Below are positions 29,716 through 38,906 of a stretch of DNA of 64,000 nt, one piece after another. Source of the stretch: an uncultured Verrucomicrobiae bacterium (lineage in GTDB: Bacteria > Verrucomicrobiota > Verrucomicrobiia > Chthoniobacterales > UBA10450). The notes beneath the pieces are model-generated. The model was not told the origin of the DNA. It saw only the letters and a list, made by a program, of their open reading frames with translations, and made no database searches. The position numbers and the translations under genes are program-made. The stretch spans positions 160,001 through 224,000 of the forward strand of contig CAVTMK010000001.1 in assembly GCA_963735805.1 (NCBI GenBank), in the 5' to 3' direction. Within the stretch, counting starts at the first letter, position 1, and every line of letters begins with the position of its first letter.

Positions 29716-30713
29716 TACACGGCTCCCTTCCGCTCCATCAAACTGAGTAATCTGGCATTGAAATCGACCGCACTGTTTTGACCCAGACCCTTCAATTTTT
29801 CATCCATCGCCGCGACTTCGATCAAACGCGCCATGTCACGACCTGGCCTCACCGGAATGGTAACGTGCGGCACCGGAAGCCCAAGGATCTCATAGAATTC
29901 TCGATCCAACCCGATTCGATCGACCTCTTCCACGTCGTGCCATTCCTTGAGCGTGACGACAAGGTCGAGGCGTTTTTCGATTCGAATGCTGCCGATGCCG
30001 AAGACCTTCGCCACGTCGATAATGCCAATGCCTCGCACTTCCATGTGATTACGAGTCAATTCGGGCGCTGTTGCCATAAGCTCCCGCCCTTCCACCGAAG
30101 TGATTCGCGTCACGTCATCCGCCACAAGACTGTAGCCTCGTTCGATCAGCCCGAGGACACATTCGCTTTTGCCAATTCCGCTCGCACCGCGGATCAAAAC
30201 GCCCACCCCAAGGATGTCCACCATGCTGCCGAACTCGGTGACTGTGGGAGAAAAATCCATTTCCAGAGCGATGGTCGCGGCATTGATAAATTTCATGGTA
30301 ATCATCGGAGTGCGAAACACCGCGATTTTTGCATCTGCGGCTACGGCCAGCAATTCCGGCGCAAGATGAAAACCACGAGACATGACAAGACAAGGGATTT
30401 TACGCTCGCATAATTTTCGAAATCGCCTGATGCGCAGCTTCGATGGCAAACTTTTCAAATAGGAATGCTCAGCCGCGCCGAGCACCTGCACACGTTTCTC
30501 GGCGAAATAAGTATAGAAGCCCGAGAGCGCCAGTCCGGGGCGGTTGATTGTGGGCTCGCGAATTTTTCGATGGAACCCCACGCGCTGCCCTTCCAATTTC
30601 ATCTGCAGTTTCTCGGCATGCGAATTGTAAAAGCTCTCCACCGTAACAACCGGGACGCTTTTCTGCCGATCGCTTGCAGATGTAATTGTTTGGGTTCCGC
30701 CTTGTTCCGCCAT
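29715..30713 (-). CDS. hprK: HPr kinase/phosphorylase
   Basis: NRPGLAL.G, GASGIGKSE, LVADD, MEVRGIGII. Confidence 0.97.
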   Translation of the reverse strand: MAEQGGTQTITSASDRQKSVPVVTVESFYNSHAEKLQMKLEGQRVGFHRKIREPTINRPGLALSGFYTYFAEKRVQVLGAAEHSYLKSLPSKLRIRRFRKLCERKIPCLVMSRGFHLAPELLAVAADAKIAVFRTPMITMKFINAATIALEMDFSPTVTEFGSMVDILGVGVLIRGASGIGKSECVLGLIERGYSLVADDVTRITSVEGRELMATAPELTRNHMEVRGIGIIDVAKVFGIGSIRIEKRLDLVVTLKEWHDVEEVDRIGLDREFYEILGLPVPHVTIPVRPGRDMARLIEVAAMDEKLKGLGQNSAVDFNARLLSLMERKGAV

Positions 30714-30909
30714 GAGGCTTAACTTCTAGCGTGAATAGCGCGCAATTTCCAATCGACCATCGCATGTTTTACACACTCGTTACCACCACCTTCAAAAACG
30801 TGAAAATTTCAACGAGGGTTCAATCCCAATCAACGTCAGATCGACGACGACTGTAAGAGTCATCCGTACACTCCAACACACGATCTATTCCAAACGAGTT
30901 CAGTTTTTA

Positions 30910-31251
30910 TTAGCCTTTGCTCTGATCCTGATAGCGAATCACTTTCACTTTCTCGAGCGTTACCAAACCGCCACCTATCATTTCATCAAGCACAGGGAGG
31001 AATGCACTGATTTTTTTATCCGAGTCGACGATTTCGATTACCATTGGAAGATCCATGGACAAGCGAAGGATTTTCGCAGTGTGCAGGTGACTTGATTTCC
31101 CAAAACCCATCGGCCCGCGCAACACGGTCGCGCCCGCCAGTTCGAGTTCGCGTGCTTTCAATACAATCGCTTCGTAAAGCGGCTGATGCCGATAACGATC
31201 ACTTTCGCCAATAAAAATTCGCAGGAGCACGGCGTCTTCGGGAAGGTGCAT
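30910..31251 (-). CDS. DUF190 (PII-like) protein
   Basis: RIFIGESD, GATVLRG.MGFG, LSMDLP; usual crcB neighbour. Confidence 0.92.
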   Translation of the reverse strand: MHLPEDAVLLRIFIGESDRYRHQPLYEAIVLKARELELAGATVLRGPMGFGKSSHLHTAKILRLSMDLPMVIEIVDSDKKISAFLPVLDEMIGGGLVTLEKVKVIRYQDQSKG

Positions 31252-31260
31252 GGTCGGTTT

Positions 31261-31650
31261 CTATTTCGGTAGTATCGCGAGAGCAAGAACGCGTCCAAGC
31301 CAGACCGCTATGAGACAGCAGATAAACGAAAGCAGTGTATTTAGGCCGGCCTTGAACCAATCTCCGTCCCGAATGAGATCGAGAGTTTGTAAGCTAAACG
31401 ACGAAAACGTGGTATACCCGCCGCACAGGCCAAGCATGAAGAATTGACGGAATCCAGGTGGCACCAGAAGCCGTCCCTCTGGATCCGTCAATGCAGCAAA
31501 GAACCCAATGACGAAGGAGCCAGTGACGTTTACGACGAGCGTATCAATGGGAAAAAGCTCCCCCAACTGTTCAGCAACAAATCCTGATATCCAAAATCGC
31601 GCTCCCGTCCCAAGTGCGCCGCCTAGCATTACCGAGATATAATTCAGCAT
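31261..31650 (-). CDS. crcB: Fluoride channel Fluc/CrcB
   Basis: GGALG...R, TL.VN..GSF.IG, GLCGGYTTFSSF. Confidence 0.95.
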   Translation of the reverse strand: MLNYISVMLGGALGTGARFWISGFVAEQLGELFPIDTLVVNVTGSFVIGFFAALTDPEGRLLVPPGFRQFFMLGLCGGYTTFSSFSLQTLDLIRDGDWFKAGLNTLLSFICCLIAVWLGRVLALAILPK

Positions 31651-31668
31651 TAAAAACTCCTTCCGATC

Positions 31669-31730
31669 GGAGGAGTCATTAGCTCACGCGGTTTTCCCAA
31701 TCTTGGGCGGGACGGCAAACTCCATTGCCT
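31669..31730 (-). promoter_or_regulatory. Fluoride riboswitch
   Basis: Minus GGCAATGGAGTTTGCC...AACCGC-GTGA-GCTAATGACTCCT directly upstream of crcB. Confidence 0.9.
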
Positions 31731-31809
31731 TGTAACAGGTTAGCGTATGTTTGCAGCAACTCAAGGAAGATGGGGTCGCCCCCGCCAGCGCTGTGTTAGC
31801 CGCCACGCC

Positions 31810-32595
31810 TCACATCTTGAAACGCTCGCCGAGATAAAGCTGACGACTGATGGGATCGTTGATGAGAAAATCCTTTGTCCCTTCGCTCTCGACGCGCCCA
31901 TCGAAGATCAAATAAGCGCGGTCCACGATGGAAAGGGTCTCGCGCACGTTGTGATCAGTGATCATGATCGCAAGGCCTGACTTGCGCAGGTTTACGATAA
32001 TTTGCTGCACATCGTACACCGCGATGGGATCCACACCGCTAAACGGCTCGTCCAGCATCAACAATTTCGGTTGCGTCACCAACGAACGTGCAATTGTTAG
32101 TCGCCGTTTCTCGCCGCCACTCAGCGTTAACGCGGTATTTTTGGCGATCCGCTCGATGCCAAACTGGTGCAGCAATTGATCGCAACGATTCCGCCGTTCG
32201 GCCTTGCTCATAGATAGCGTTTCCAAAATCGCCATGATGTTTTGCTCAACGGTCATTTTTCGAAAGATCGATTCCTCCTGCGGCAGATAACCCATGCCCA
32301 GCCGCGCGCGTTTGTACATGGGATAGTCAGTGACATCCGTGTCAGCGAAAATCACGCGACCGCTGTTTGGCCTAACCAGTCCAACGATCATGTAAAAACT
32401 GGTGGTCTTACCTGCTCCGTTTGGCCCGAGCAGTCCAACAATTTCGCTCGCATGGACATTCAGGTTGACCCCATCCACGACCGCTCGGCCTCCGTAAATC
32501 TTGACCAGTTGGTCGGTGGTCAGGACGGTCTCCGCCTTCGTCGTGGCAGGCGAATGAGCTTTCGGAATCGAAACAGGCGCAGCTTGGCTGATCAT
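31810..32595 (-). CDS. lptB: LPS export ATPase
   Basis: GPNGAGKTT, YLPQE.SIFR, LSGGE.RR, ITDHNVRETL, YLGE.F. Confidence 0.96.
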   Translation of the reverse strand: MISQAAPVSIPKAHSPATTKAETVLTTDQLVKIYGGRAVVDGVNLNVHASEIVGLLGPNGAGKTTSFYMIVGLVRPNSGRVIFADTDVTDYPMYKRARLGMGYLPQEESIFRKMTVEQNIMAILETLSMSKAERRNRCDQLLHQFGIERIAKNTALTLSGGEKRRLTIARSLVTQPKLLMLDEPFSGVDPIAVYDVQQIIVNLRKSGLAIMITDHNVRETLSIVDRAYLIFDGRVESEGTKDFLINDPISRQLYLGERFKM

Positions 32596-33314
32596 GGTTT
32601 AGGCAGGGATGGAGCGGGCGAAGCCTGGGTAGTAGGGGTTTGGGAGGAACTTGCTTTGCCCTTCTTTTCGTCATTGGGCTGCTGAACAATTTCGGTGCGA
32701 CTGGGTCCGTGTGTCCTTAATTCACTGTTCTGACCAATCACCATCACCGTATCGGGGCTCGTTGCCACGTGCAGGTTCGCTCCCTCCTGTACGCGCGGCG
32801 TCCCCTCCAATTGGACGTCTCCGGTACTAGCCGTGTAGGTCGCTTTATCAGCCCTGCCAATGGCCCGCGTAGGCGGTCCACCATTCGGACTGAGCCGGTC
32901 GCGCACGAGTCCAACATTCCCCTCTGCGATGGCTTTCTCAAGGCTCTGGTTTTGCCCCTTCGTAATAAACACTGTCAATTTCTCAGATTGAAGATTGAAA
33001 CGCGGATCGACTACTTTCACACGGCCGCTAAAGATGCCCATGTTCTTGGTTGAATCAAAGAAAGCCTCATCCGAATAGATTTCTGTCGTCGTCGGTTGAT
33101 CGGATTGCAGCCCAGGGGCGCTCGAGCCGAATAAATTCGTACCCGATGACTTGTCTTCTTTCTTTTTGTTTTTGTCTTTTGATTTCTCTTTGGCCGGTTT
33201 CTCCGCCTTTTTCGCTGGTGCAGGTGAGCCTGGCGCCCCAGCGGCAATCTGCCCAAACGATGACGCTCCGATGGCACAGCCGGTAAGAAACACCAGCACC
33301 GCTAGTTTTTTCAT
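32592..33314 (-). CDS. lptA: LptA/OstA-family periplasmic protein
   Basis: Signal peptide, jellyroll-like FSG.V.V, AEGNV, L.G.PRV; synteny. Confidence 0.75.
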   Translation of the reverse strand: MKKLAVLVFLTGCAIGASSFGQIAAGAPGSPAPAKKAEKPAKEKSKDKNKKKEDKSSGTNLFGSSAPGLQSDQPTTTEIYSDEAFFDSTKNMGIFSGRVKVVDPRFNLQSEKLTVFITKGQNQSLEKAIAEGNVGLVRDRLSPNGGPPTRAIGRADKATYTASTGDVQLEGTPRVQEGANLHVATSPDTVMVIGQNSELRTHGPSRTEIVQQPNDEKKGKASSSQTPTTQASPAPSLPKP

Positions 33315-33874
33315 TCCTTCGTGTCGGGCTTCGCTGTCAGATGAGACTTATCAGTGATCACCATTTTGATATTTCCGATCAGTCGCCCGGTCCGCGAGTT
33401 CGTATCAAACTGCACTGAGTCTCCGGCGATATTAAAATCCGATCGCCGAATCGTGGTTCGCTCCTGCGAGCTTAGGATCCGCGTCTTCAAATCCAGTATT
33501 GAAGTATGCATGTCCACTTGCAGGTCCGTCTGATTCTCGGGTGTAAAAGTGATAATTTTTAGCTGTTGAAAGCCGATGTGTTCCTGATCGATCCGATGCG
33601 CCGTACCCGCTTCGAATTTCGCCTTTAGACGACCTTCTGCGTCGAAATCTGGCAACACAAGGCCCTTGGCTTCATGTCCGATCGGTAGCGGAATGTTCGT
33701 TAAACTCTCTTCCCCGGGAGACGCGCTCGCCGTCGCATTAGCACGCCCCTTTTTCTTGCGGACCTTCGACTGACCCGACACTCGGGGCGTCGCTATCAAA
33801 ACTGACAACGCCATTGATAAGAACCAAACCAGGCAGCTCCAGTAGACGGAGCGGCCGTTACGCCACCGCAGCAT
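33311..33874 (-). CDS. lptC: LptC-like protein
   Basis: N-terminal TM plus beta-rich domain between kdsA and lptA. Confidence 0.65.
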   Translation of the reverse strand: MLRWRNGRSVYWSCLVWFLSMALSVLIATPRVSGQSKVRKKKGRANATASASPGEESLTNIPLPIGHEAKGLVLPDFDAEGRLKAKFEAGTAHRIDQEHIGFQQLKIITFTPENQTDLQVDMHTSILDLKTRILSSQERTTIRRSDFNIAGDSVQFDTNSRTGRLIGNIKMVITDKSHLTAKPDTKE

Positions 33875-34676
33875 GAATAGCCTTTAACACGCGCAGATTC
33901 TTCGGCAAATCCTTTAGGGAAACCTGATTTGGCCCATCCGATAACGCTCGGCCTGGGTTTTCGTGTACCTCCATAAAAATTCCGTCGCAACCGGTTGCCA
34001 TCGCCGCTCTGGCCAGTGCCGGCGCCAGAACGCCGTCCCCCGATGTAGAATCCCCTGCCCCTCCTGGCCGTTGTACAGAATGTGTCGCGTCAAAGATCGC
34101 CAGATACCCGGCGTCGCGCAACCAATAGAGAGAGCGCATGTCGGCAACGAGATTGTTGTAGCCAAAACTGGTCCCGCGTTCTGTGAAACAGAACTTTTCA
34201 TTACCGAACGCAATCAATTTTTCGGCGATATTTCGCACATCCCATGGCGCGAGAAACTGACCTTTTTTAACATTGATCGCGCGACCCGTTTCTGCGGCGG
34301 CACGCAACAGATCTGTCTGCCGGCAAAGAAACGCTGGAATTTGTAACAAGTCGATCTTTTCGCCGACAATCTCGGCTTCGGCGGGCAAATGGATGTCCGT
34401 TGTTACAGGAATTTTCAAATCTTGTCCGATTGCCGAAAGAATTTCGCAGCCTTCGTGCACTCCAACGCCTCGAAAGGAGCGGACCGAAGTTCGATTCGCT
34501 TTGTCGTATGAGGCCTTGAAAATGAGGTCGACATCTTCGGCCGCGCAGATTTCCGCAATCTTCTTCGCCATGCGCCAGACAAACTTCTCCGACTCGATGA
34601 CGCACGGGCCGAGAATGAATACCGGATTTCTTCCGCCAATGAGAACTTTGCCAATCTTGAGGGGCCTGGCTTTCAT
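33858..34676 (-). CDS. kdsA: KDO-8-phosphate synthase
   Basis: GPCVIE, KASYDKANRTS, QIPAFLCRQTD, DATHSVQ, SDGP. Confidence 0.97.
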   Translation of the reverse strand: MKARPLKIGKVLIGGRNPVFILGPCVIESEKFVWRMAKKIAEICAAEDVDLIFKASYDKANRTSVRSFRGVGVHEGCEILSAIGQDLKIPVTTDIHLPAEAEIVGEKIDLLQIPAFLCRQTDLLRAAAETGRAINVKKGQFLAPWDVRNIAEKLIAFGNEKFCFTERGTSFGYNNLVADMRSLYWLRDAGYLAIFDATHSVQRPGGAGDSTSGDGVLAPALARAAMATGCDGIFMEVHENPGRALSDGPNQVSLKDLPKNLRVLKAIHAAVA

Positions 34677-34720
34677 CGATCTCTCATTGTCGCGATGTGA
34701 ACGATTGAGGTCAATGCAAC

Positions 34721-35440
34721 CTAGCTCGCCAATCGCGCCGGGTCGGGGGCGCGATTGCCTCGCAAAAGATCGAAAAAGGCAAATGGTACATACAGTGCGA
34801 CAAAGAATAGCAATGCCAGTCCGTGCATTTGCAAAAGGTAAAGGAGACGCGAATCGGAGAGAAAACTCAAAATGGAAAATGCTTCGGGTTTGTGCAGCAA
34901 AAATCCGTAATTAACACCCGTCAGTTTGTCGACGACGAAGGTAACTATGAAATAAAGCTCCGACCATAGAAACACGCGGACGATCGACATGGGGTATGGG
35001 CGGTACCGTCGAGTCAACATCAGAAAGACCACGCCGATGATGATACCGCAGTGAGAGGTGAAAAAGCTAATGAATCGCCAATCTGGAAAACCATAGCGTA
35101 GGTCTGGCGTGAGCACTGCCTGCAACGTGCCGCCAAGTCCCCAGAAATATGCCACCTCGAACCAGCGTTGATTCCCGGTCCACATCGCCACGATGACGAC
35201 TACCATGCCCCAGTCGCACAATTGCATCGGCAACATTTGTTGCCAATTGGTCACGCCGTGTACGCGGATGAAGATGAGATACACAGCATAGTTTGCGATC
35301 AATAGTGATGTGATCACGATAATGATCGCGCGTTGGCCGCGCGACGATTTCGCGATCGCTGCAAGCACAAACGGCAGGATGATCGTCAGAAAAATAACCG
35401 CCAGATGCGGCAAACCATACGGTTGGAATTCAGGATCCAT
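34721..35440 (-). CDS. YwaF/TIGR02206-type membrane protein
   Basis: LPMQLCD, QAVLTPD, FF.SH, NYGFL..KP. Confidence 0.85.
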   Translation of the reverse strand: MDPEFQPYGLPHLAVIFLTIILPFVLAAIAKSSRGQRAIIIVITSLLIANYAVYLIFIRVHGVTNWQQMLPMQLCDWGMVVVIVAMWTGNQRWFEVAYFWGLGGTLQAVLTPDLRYGFPDWRFISFFTSHCGIIIGVVFLMLTRRYRPYPMSIVRVFLWSELYFIVTFVVDKLTGVNYGFLLHKPEAFSILSFLSDSRLLYLLQMHGLALLFFVALYVPFAFFDLLRGNRAPDPARLAS

Positions 35441-35538
35441 GCGTGGTTGTTAATGCGGTTGTATCAACCGCCTCATCCGATAGAAAGGCGTTTTGACACA
35501 AGCGCCTCTTCCATCATGCGCAAGCTTGACGGTTTAGC

Positions 35539-36366
35539 TCACCGAATTACCCAGAGATTACAGGGAATGACATCGGTAACCCACGCGATGTTGCTTGGCA
35601 GTTGGTGTGTCTCACCGGTGTTTTTCTGCAACGGCACAACGAGCAAGTCCGCTTCGACTGATTGAACAAAATCCGAGGCAGCCAGCCCAGTATTCCCACG
35701 AATGCAACGCGCCTCGATCGGAACGTCGGTTGCGCCGGCTGACAAAACGAATTTTTCCAAAGCCTCTTCGTCATCATCGTCTACGCCCGGTTTTGCGCGG
35801 CTCCTGGCATCTCCACGAATCGATGCGCGTGCCTGATCAAATGTGGTGATGATGCGAATAACATAAAGCCGCTCGCACGATTCCGCCGCGGCGAAGGGCA
35901 GCGTCCTTTTCAAAGCCTCCAATCTTGTATCAGAATAATCGGCGACAAAAACGATCCGCCGCAGCGGTTTCGGCTTCATTGCCGGCGTGGTAAAGAGCAT
36001 CACCGAGCAGGGAGCTTCCCGCACAAGGAGCCGTGCGACATTGCCCAGAAATGGATGCAACACCACTTCCTTTTCCAGGGCGCCAGCCACGATCACATCG
36101 ATGTTCTCACGAGCGAGCGCGCGCAGAATAGCTTCGGTGGGATTCCCTTTTTCGTAGTGAATCTTCGAATCAAGCGGAAGCTCCAGTTGTGCGAGGGCGT
36201 CATTAAACTTCTGCGCTATCTCCTGATCGCGTTCGCCTACATAGATCAGGTGAAGATCGGCAGAAAAGCGATCTCGAATTCGTTTCGCTTCCGCAAGCAC
36301 CTGCTTAAATCGCGGGGAAAACGTGCTCGCCACGGCGACGGTCTTGTAGGGCGATGGTTCGCGCAT
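35539..36366 (-). CDS. Universal stress protein (tandem domains)
   Basis: GNP...IL, DVIVAG, FLGNVARLLVREAPCSV, PCNLWVIR. Confidence 0.85.
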   Translation of the reverse strand: MREPSPYKTVAVASTFSPRFKQVLAEAKRIRDRFSADLHLIYVGERDQEIAQKFNDALAQLELPLDSKIHYEKGNPTEAILRALARENIDVIVAGALEKEVVLHPFLGNVARLLVREAPCSVMLFTTPAMKPKPLRRIVFVADYSDTRLEALKRTLPFAAAESCERLYVIRIITTFDQARASIRGDARSRAKPGVDDDDEEALEKFVLSAGATDVPIEARCIRGNTGLAASDFVQSVEADLLVVPLQKNTGETHQLPSNIAWVTDVIPCNLWVIR

Positions 36367-36418
36367 GGGACTGGTAATCAATTTCGTGTCTCACGAACTT
36401 TAGGCAAATTCGACTGAA

Positions 36419-36551
36419 AATGGCGAATGACGAATGAACAACGAAAATCCGAATAGCAAAGCAATCATTCGGAGTTTCCGCCATTTTGACTTCGACGCGG
36501 AACCGTCGCTGACGGCGAAAGGCATTCGAGTTTCATTCGCCATTCGTCATT
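36419..36551. repeat. 133-bp element with 20-bp inverted arms of heptamer units
   Basis: aatggcgaatgacgaatgaa (36419-36438) vs ttcattcgccattcgtcatt (36532-36551), 18/20 complementary. Confidence 0.8.
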
Positions 36552-36614
36552 AGCGCCTCGTATTGTTTTTTCATTCATCTTTTCATTTTCAATTTCCTGC
36601 GCGATTTTAATGCG

Positions 36615-37088
36615 ATGCGCCGCGCGATCTACCCTGGCAGTTTTGATCCCGTAACAAACGGTCACCTTGATGTGATAGAGCGCGCTCGGAAATTATTCGA
36701 TGAAGTCGTCGTCGCTGTGGCGCACAACGATGAGAAGCAACCGCTTTTCTCGCTGAAGCATCGCCTTGAGCTGCTGCAAGAGACAGCGGGAAAAATCGAC
36801 AACGTGCGAATCGCTGAGTTCGACGGTCTGCTTGTCGAGTTCGCCAGGCAAGCAGAAGCCGGAGCAGTCATCCGTGGCTTGCGCGCCGTCTCCGATTTTG
36901 AGTTTGAGTTTCAAATGGCTCTGATGAACCGGAAGCTCGATGGTTCAGTAGAAACGATTTTCCTCATGCCGAAGGAGGAATACACTTATTTAAGCTCTCG
37001 CATCGTGAAGGAAATCGCTCGCCTTGGCGGCGATGTTTCAAGTTTTGTTCCGGCTTCTGTCGCCAAGGCGCTGAAGAGGAAATTCTGA
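36615..37088 (+). CDS. coaD: Phosphopantetheine adenylyltransferase
   Basis: YPGSFDPVTNGH, IRGLRAVSDFEFE, SS..VKE. Confidence 0.98.
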   Translation: MRRAIYPGSFDPVTNGHLDVIERARKLFDEVVVAVAHNDEKQPLFSLKHRLELLQETAGKIDNVRIAEFDGLLVEFARQAEAGAVIRGLRAVSDFEFEFQMALMNRKLDGSVETIFLMPKEEYTYLSSRIVKEIARLGGDVSSFVPASVAKALKRKF

Positions 37089-37114
37089 CTGACAACGTTC
37101 GAAAGGTTCGACGA

Positions 37115-37564
37115 GTGAAAATCCATCTCAAACAGGTTCCTCCCCAGGGTTTGCATCTGGACGGCGACGAGGATTGCCCGATTCACGGTCTTGAACCGGA
37201 GGGGATTCGTTGCGCTGGTCGCCTGCATTACAATATCGACCTGGGTATTGCTGGAGGCGCTCTCTGGGCAAGAGGCTCACTATCACAGCCGGTAGAGCTG
37301 AGTTGCGTATCATGCCTGGAAACATTTGTGCACGAAATTCAAGTGCCCGGATTTGCCGCTCACATAGAGCTGCATGGACCGGAGACGGTCGATCTCACGC
37401 CTCTTATACGCGAAGATCTCCTGCTTAATCTGCCAGCGCATCCGCGCTGCGACAGAGATGGCCATCATGTCTGCAAAGCGAAGCGCCTGGATATCGAGGC
37501 ACAAGATGCAAAACGGAAGCCGGATTGGAGCGCACTGGATAAATTGAAGATCGAGAACCGTTAA
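37115..37564 (+). CDS. YceD/DUF177 protein
   Basis: CVSCLE, VDLTPLIRE, W.ALDKL; upstream of rpmF. Confidence 0.9.
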   Translation: MKIHLKQVPPQGLHLDGDEDCPIHGLEPEGIRCAGRLHYNIDLGIAGGALWARGSLSQPVELSCVSCLETFVHEIQVPGFAAHIELHGPETVDLTPLIREDLLLNLPAHPRCDRDGHHVCKAKRLDIEAQDAKRKPDWSALDKLKIENR

Positions 37565-37612
37565 ATCGTTGAATCGTTACAACGGATCACGAATCTCACG
37601 TTACAAATCACG
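37559..37612. repeat. 7-8-bp-unit repeat element
   Basis: cgttaaat cgttgaat cgttacaa cgg atcacga atctcacg ttaca aatcacg. Confidence 0.65.
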
Positions 37613-37652
37613 TTTGTCTTTTCCACCTCAGATGCTTTAGTGACCGCCTGCC

Positions 37653-37835
37653 ATGGGAGTCCCAAAACGCAAAACATCCAAGATGCGATTGCGCACGCGC
37701 AAAGCGGCAAACCGCTGGCATGCTCCGCATCTGAACAAATGCCCGCAGTGCGGAAGCGCTGTTCCCTCGCACATCGCCTGTCCTTCGTGCGGTTACTACC
37801 GCGGGCGCCAGGTGCTGACGCTCGAGGGTAAATAA
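37653..37835 (+). CDS. rpmF: 50S ribosomal protein L32
   Basis: MGVPKRKTSK, CPQCG...H.ACPSCG.Y. Confidence 0.97.
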   Translation: MGVPKRKTSKMRLRTRKAANRWHAPHLNKCPQCGSAVPSHIACPSCGYYRGRQVLTLEGK

Positions 37836-37874
37836 GTTGCATTTCGCGGTTAATGTCCGCAAAGTTTCGGACCG

Positions 37875-38906
37875 ATGAAAATCGCCCTCGATGCGATGGG
37901 CGGCGATTTTGGCCCGCCTAATCTCGTTGCCGGCGCCGTTATGGCGTTGCGTGAGTACCCTTATATCAATAAGCTTTTTCTCGTCGGCGACTCCACGCAG
38001 ATCGAAGCGGAACTCAAGAAGCATGGCTGCAACGACGGCAGAATCGAGATCACACACGCGACGCAAGTAGTAGATATGAGCGACCGCGCATGGTCGGCGG
38101 TCAGGCGAAAGAAGGATTCATCAGTAAGCCGCGCATTCGATCTAGTTAAGCGCGGGCAAGCGGATGCAGTCGTGAGCGCAGGTCACACGGGCGCGTCCGT
38201 CGCCGCGGGCACGATTAAGCTCCGCACACTGCCAGGAATCGATCGACCGGGTATCGCGGCTGTGCTTCCGACCGAAACGAATGTCTTCGTTTTGATCGAT
38301 GCCGGCGCAAATATCGATGCGCGCCCAGAACACCTTCTCCAATACGCGTTCATGGGCTCGGTTTATTCACGTCATGTTCTCCACTACAAAAATCCGACCG
38401 TTGGTCTGGTCTCGCTCGGCGACGAGGACGTTAAGGGCACCGAATTAACCAAGGAAGTGTTTAAGATGCTAAGACCAAGTTCGCTCAACTTCGTCGGCAA
38501 CATAGAAGGCCGACATCTTTTTGAAGATCCGGTTGAAGTTGTCGTGTGCGACGGATTCGTCGGCAACGTGATCTTGAAAACGTGCGAATCGATCGCGGTG
38601 GCGATGTTTCAATGGCTCAAGCACGAGCTCATGCGCACAACGATGCGGAAGGCTGGTGCCTTCCTTGCGAGGAAAGCAATTGGAACAATTAAAGATAAGA
38701 CGAACTATGAAGAGTACGGCGGCAGTCCGCTTCTCGGCGTGAACGGCATCTGCATCATCGCGCATGGCGCGAGCACGCCACTGGCCGTCAAGAATGCGCT
38801 GCGAGTGGCGGCGGAGTCGATTGAACAGCAGGTAAACCCGCATATCGTCGAGGAGATTCGCCGTTACTATGAAACGACAGCCTCGCTCGAACCCGCGCTC
38901 CACTAA
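37875..38906 (+). CDS. plsX: Phosphate acyltransferase PlsX
   Basis: IALDAMGGD, SAGHTGA, DAGAN, F.GNIEG, DGFVGN. Confidence 0.97.
   Translation: MKIALDAMGGDFGPPNLVAGAVMALREYPYINKLFLVGDSTQIEAELKKHGCNDGRIEITHATQVVDMSDRAWSAVRRKKDSSVSRAFDLVKRGQADAVVSAGHTGASVAAGTIKLRTLPGIDRPGIAAVLPTETNVFVLIDAGANIDARPEHLLQYAFMGSVYSRHVLHYKNPTVGLVSLGDEDVKGTELTKEVFKMLRPSSLNFVGNIEGRHLFEDPVEVVVCDGFVGNVILKTCESIAVAMFQWLKHELMRTTMRKAGAFLARKAIGTIKDKTNYEEYGGSPLLGVNGICIIAHGASTPLAVKNALRVAAESIEQQVNPHIVEEIRRYYETTASLEPALH

Noticed and set aside
30714..30909. hpf/rpoN remnant upstream of hprK
   Set aside because: No such similarity visible on reading the minus strand.
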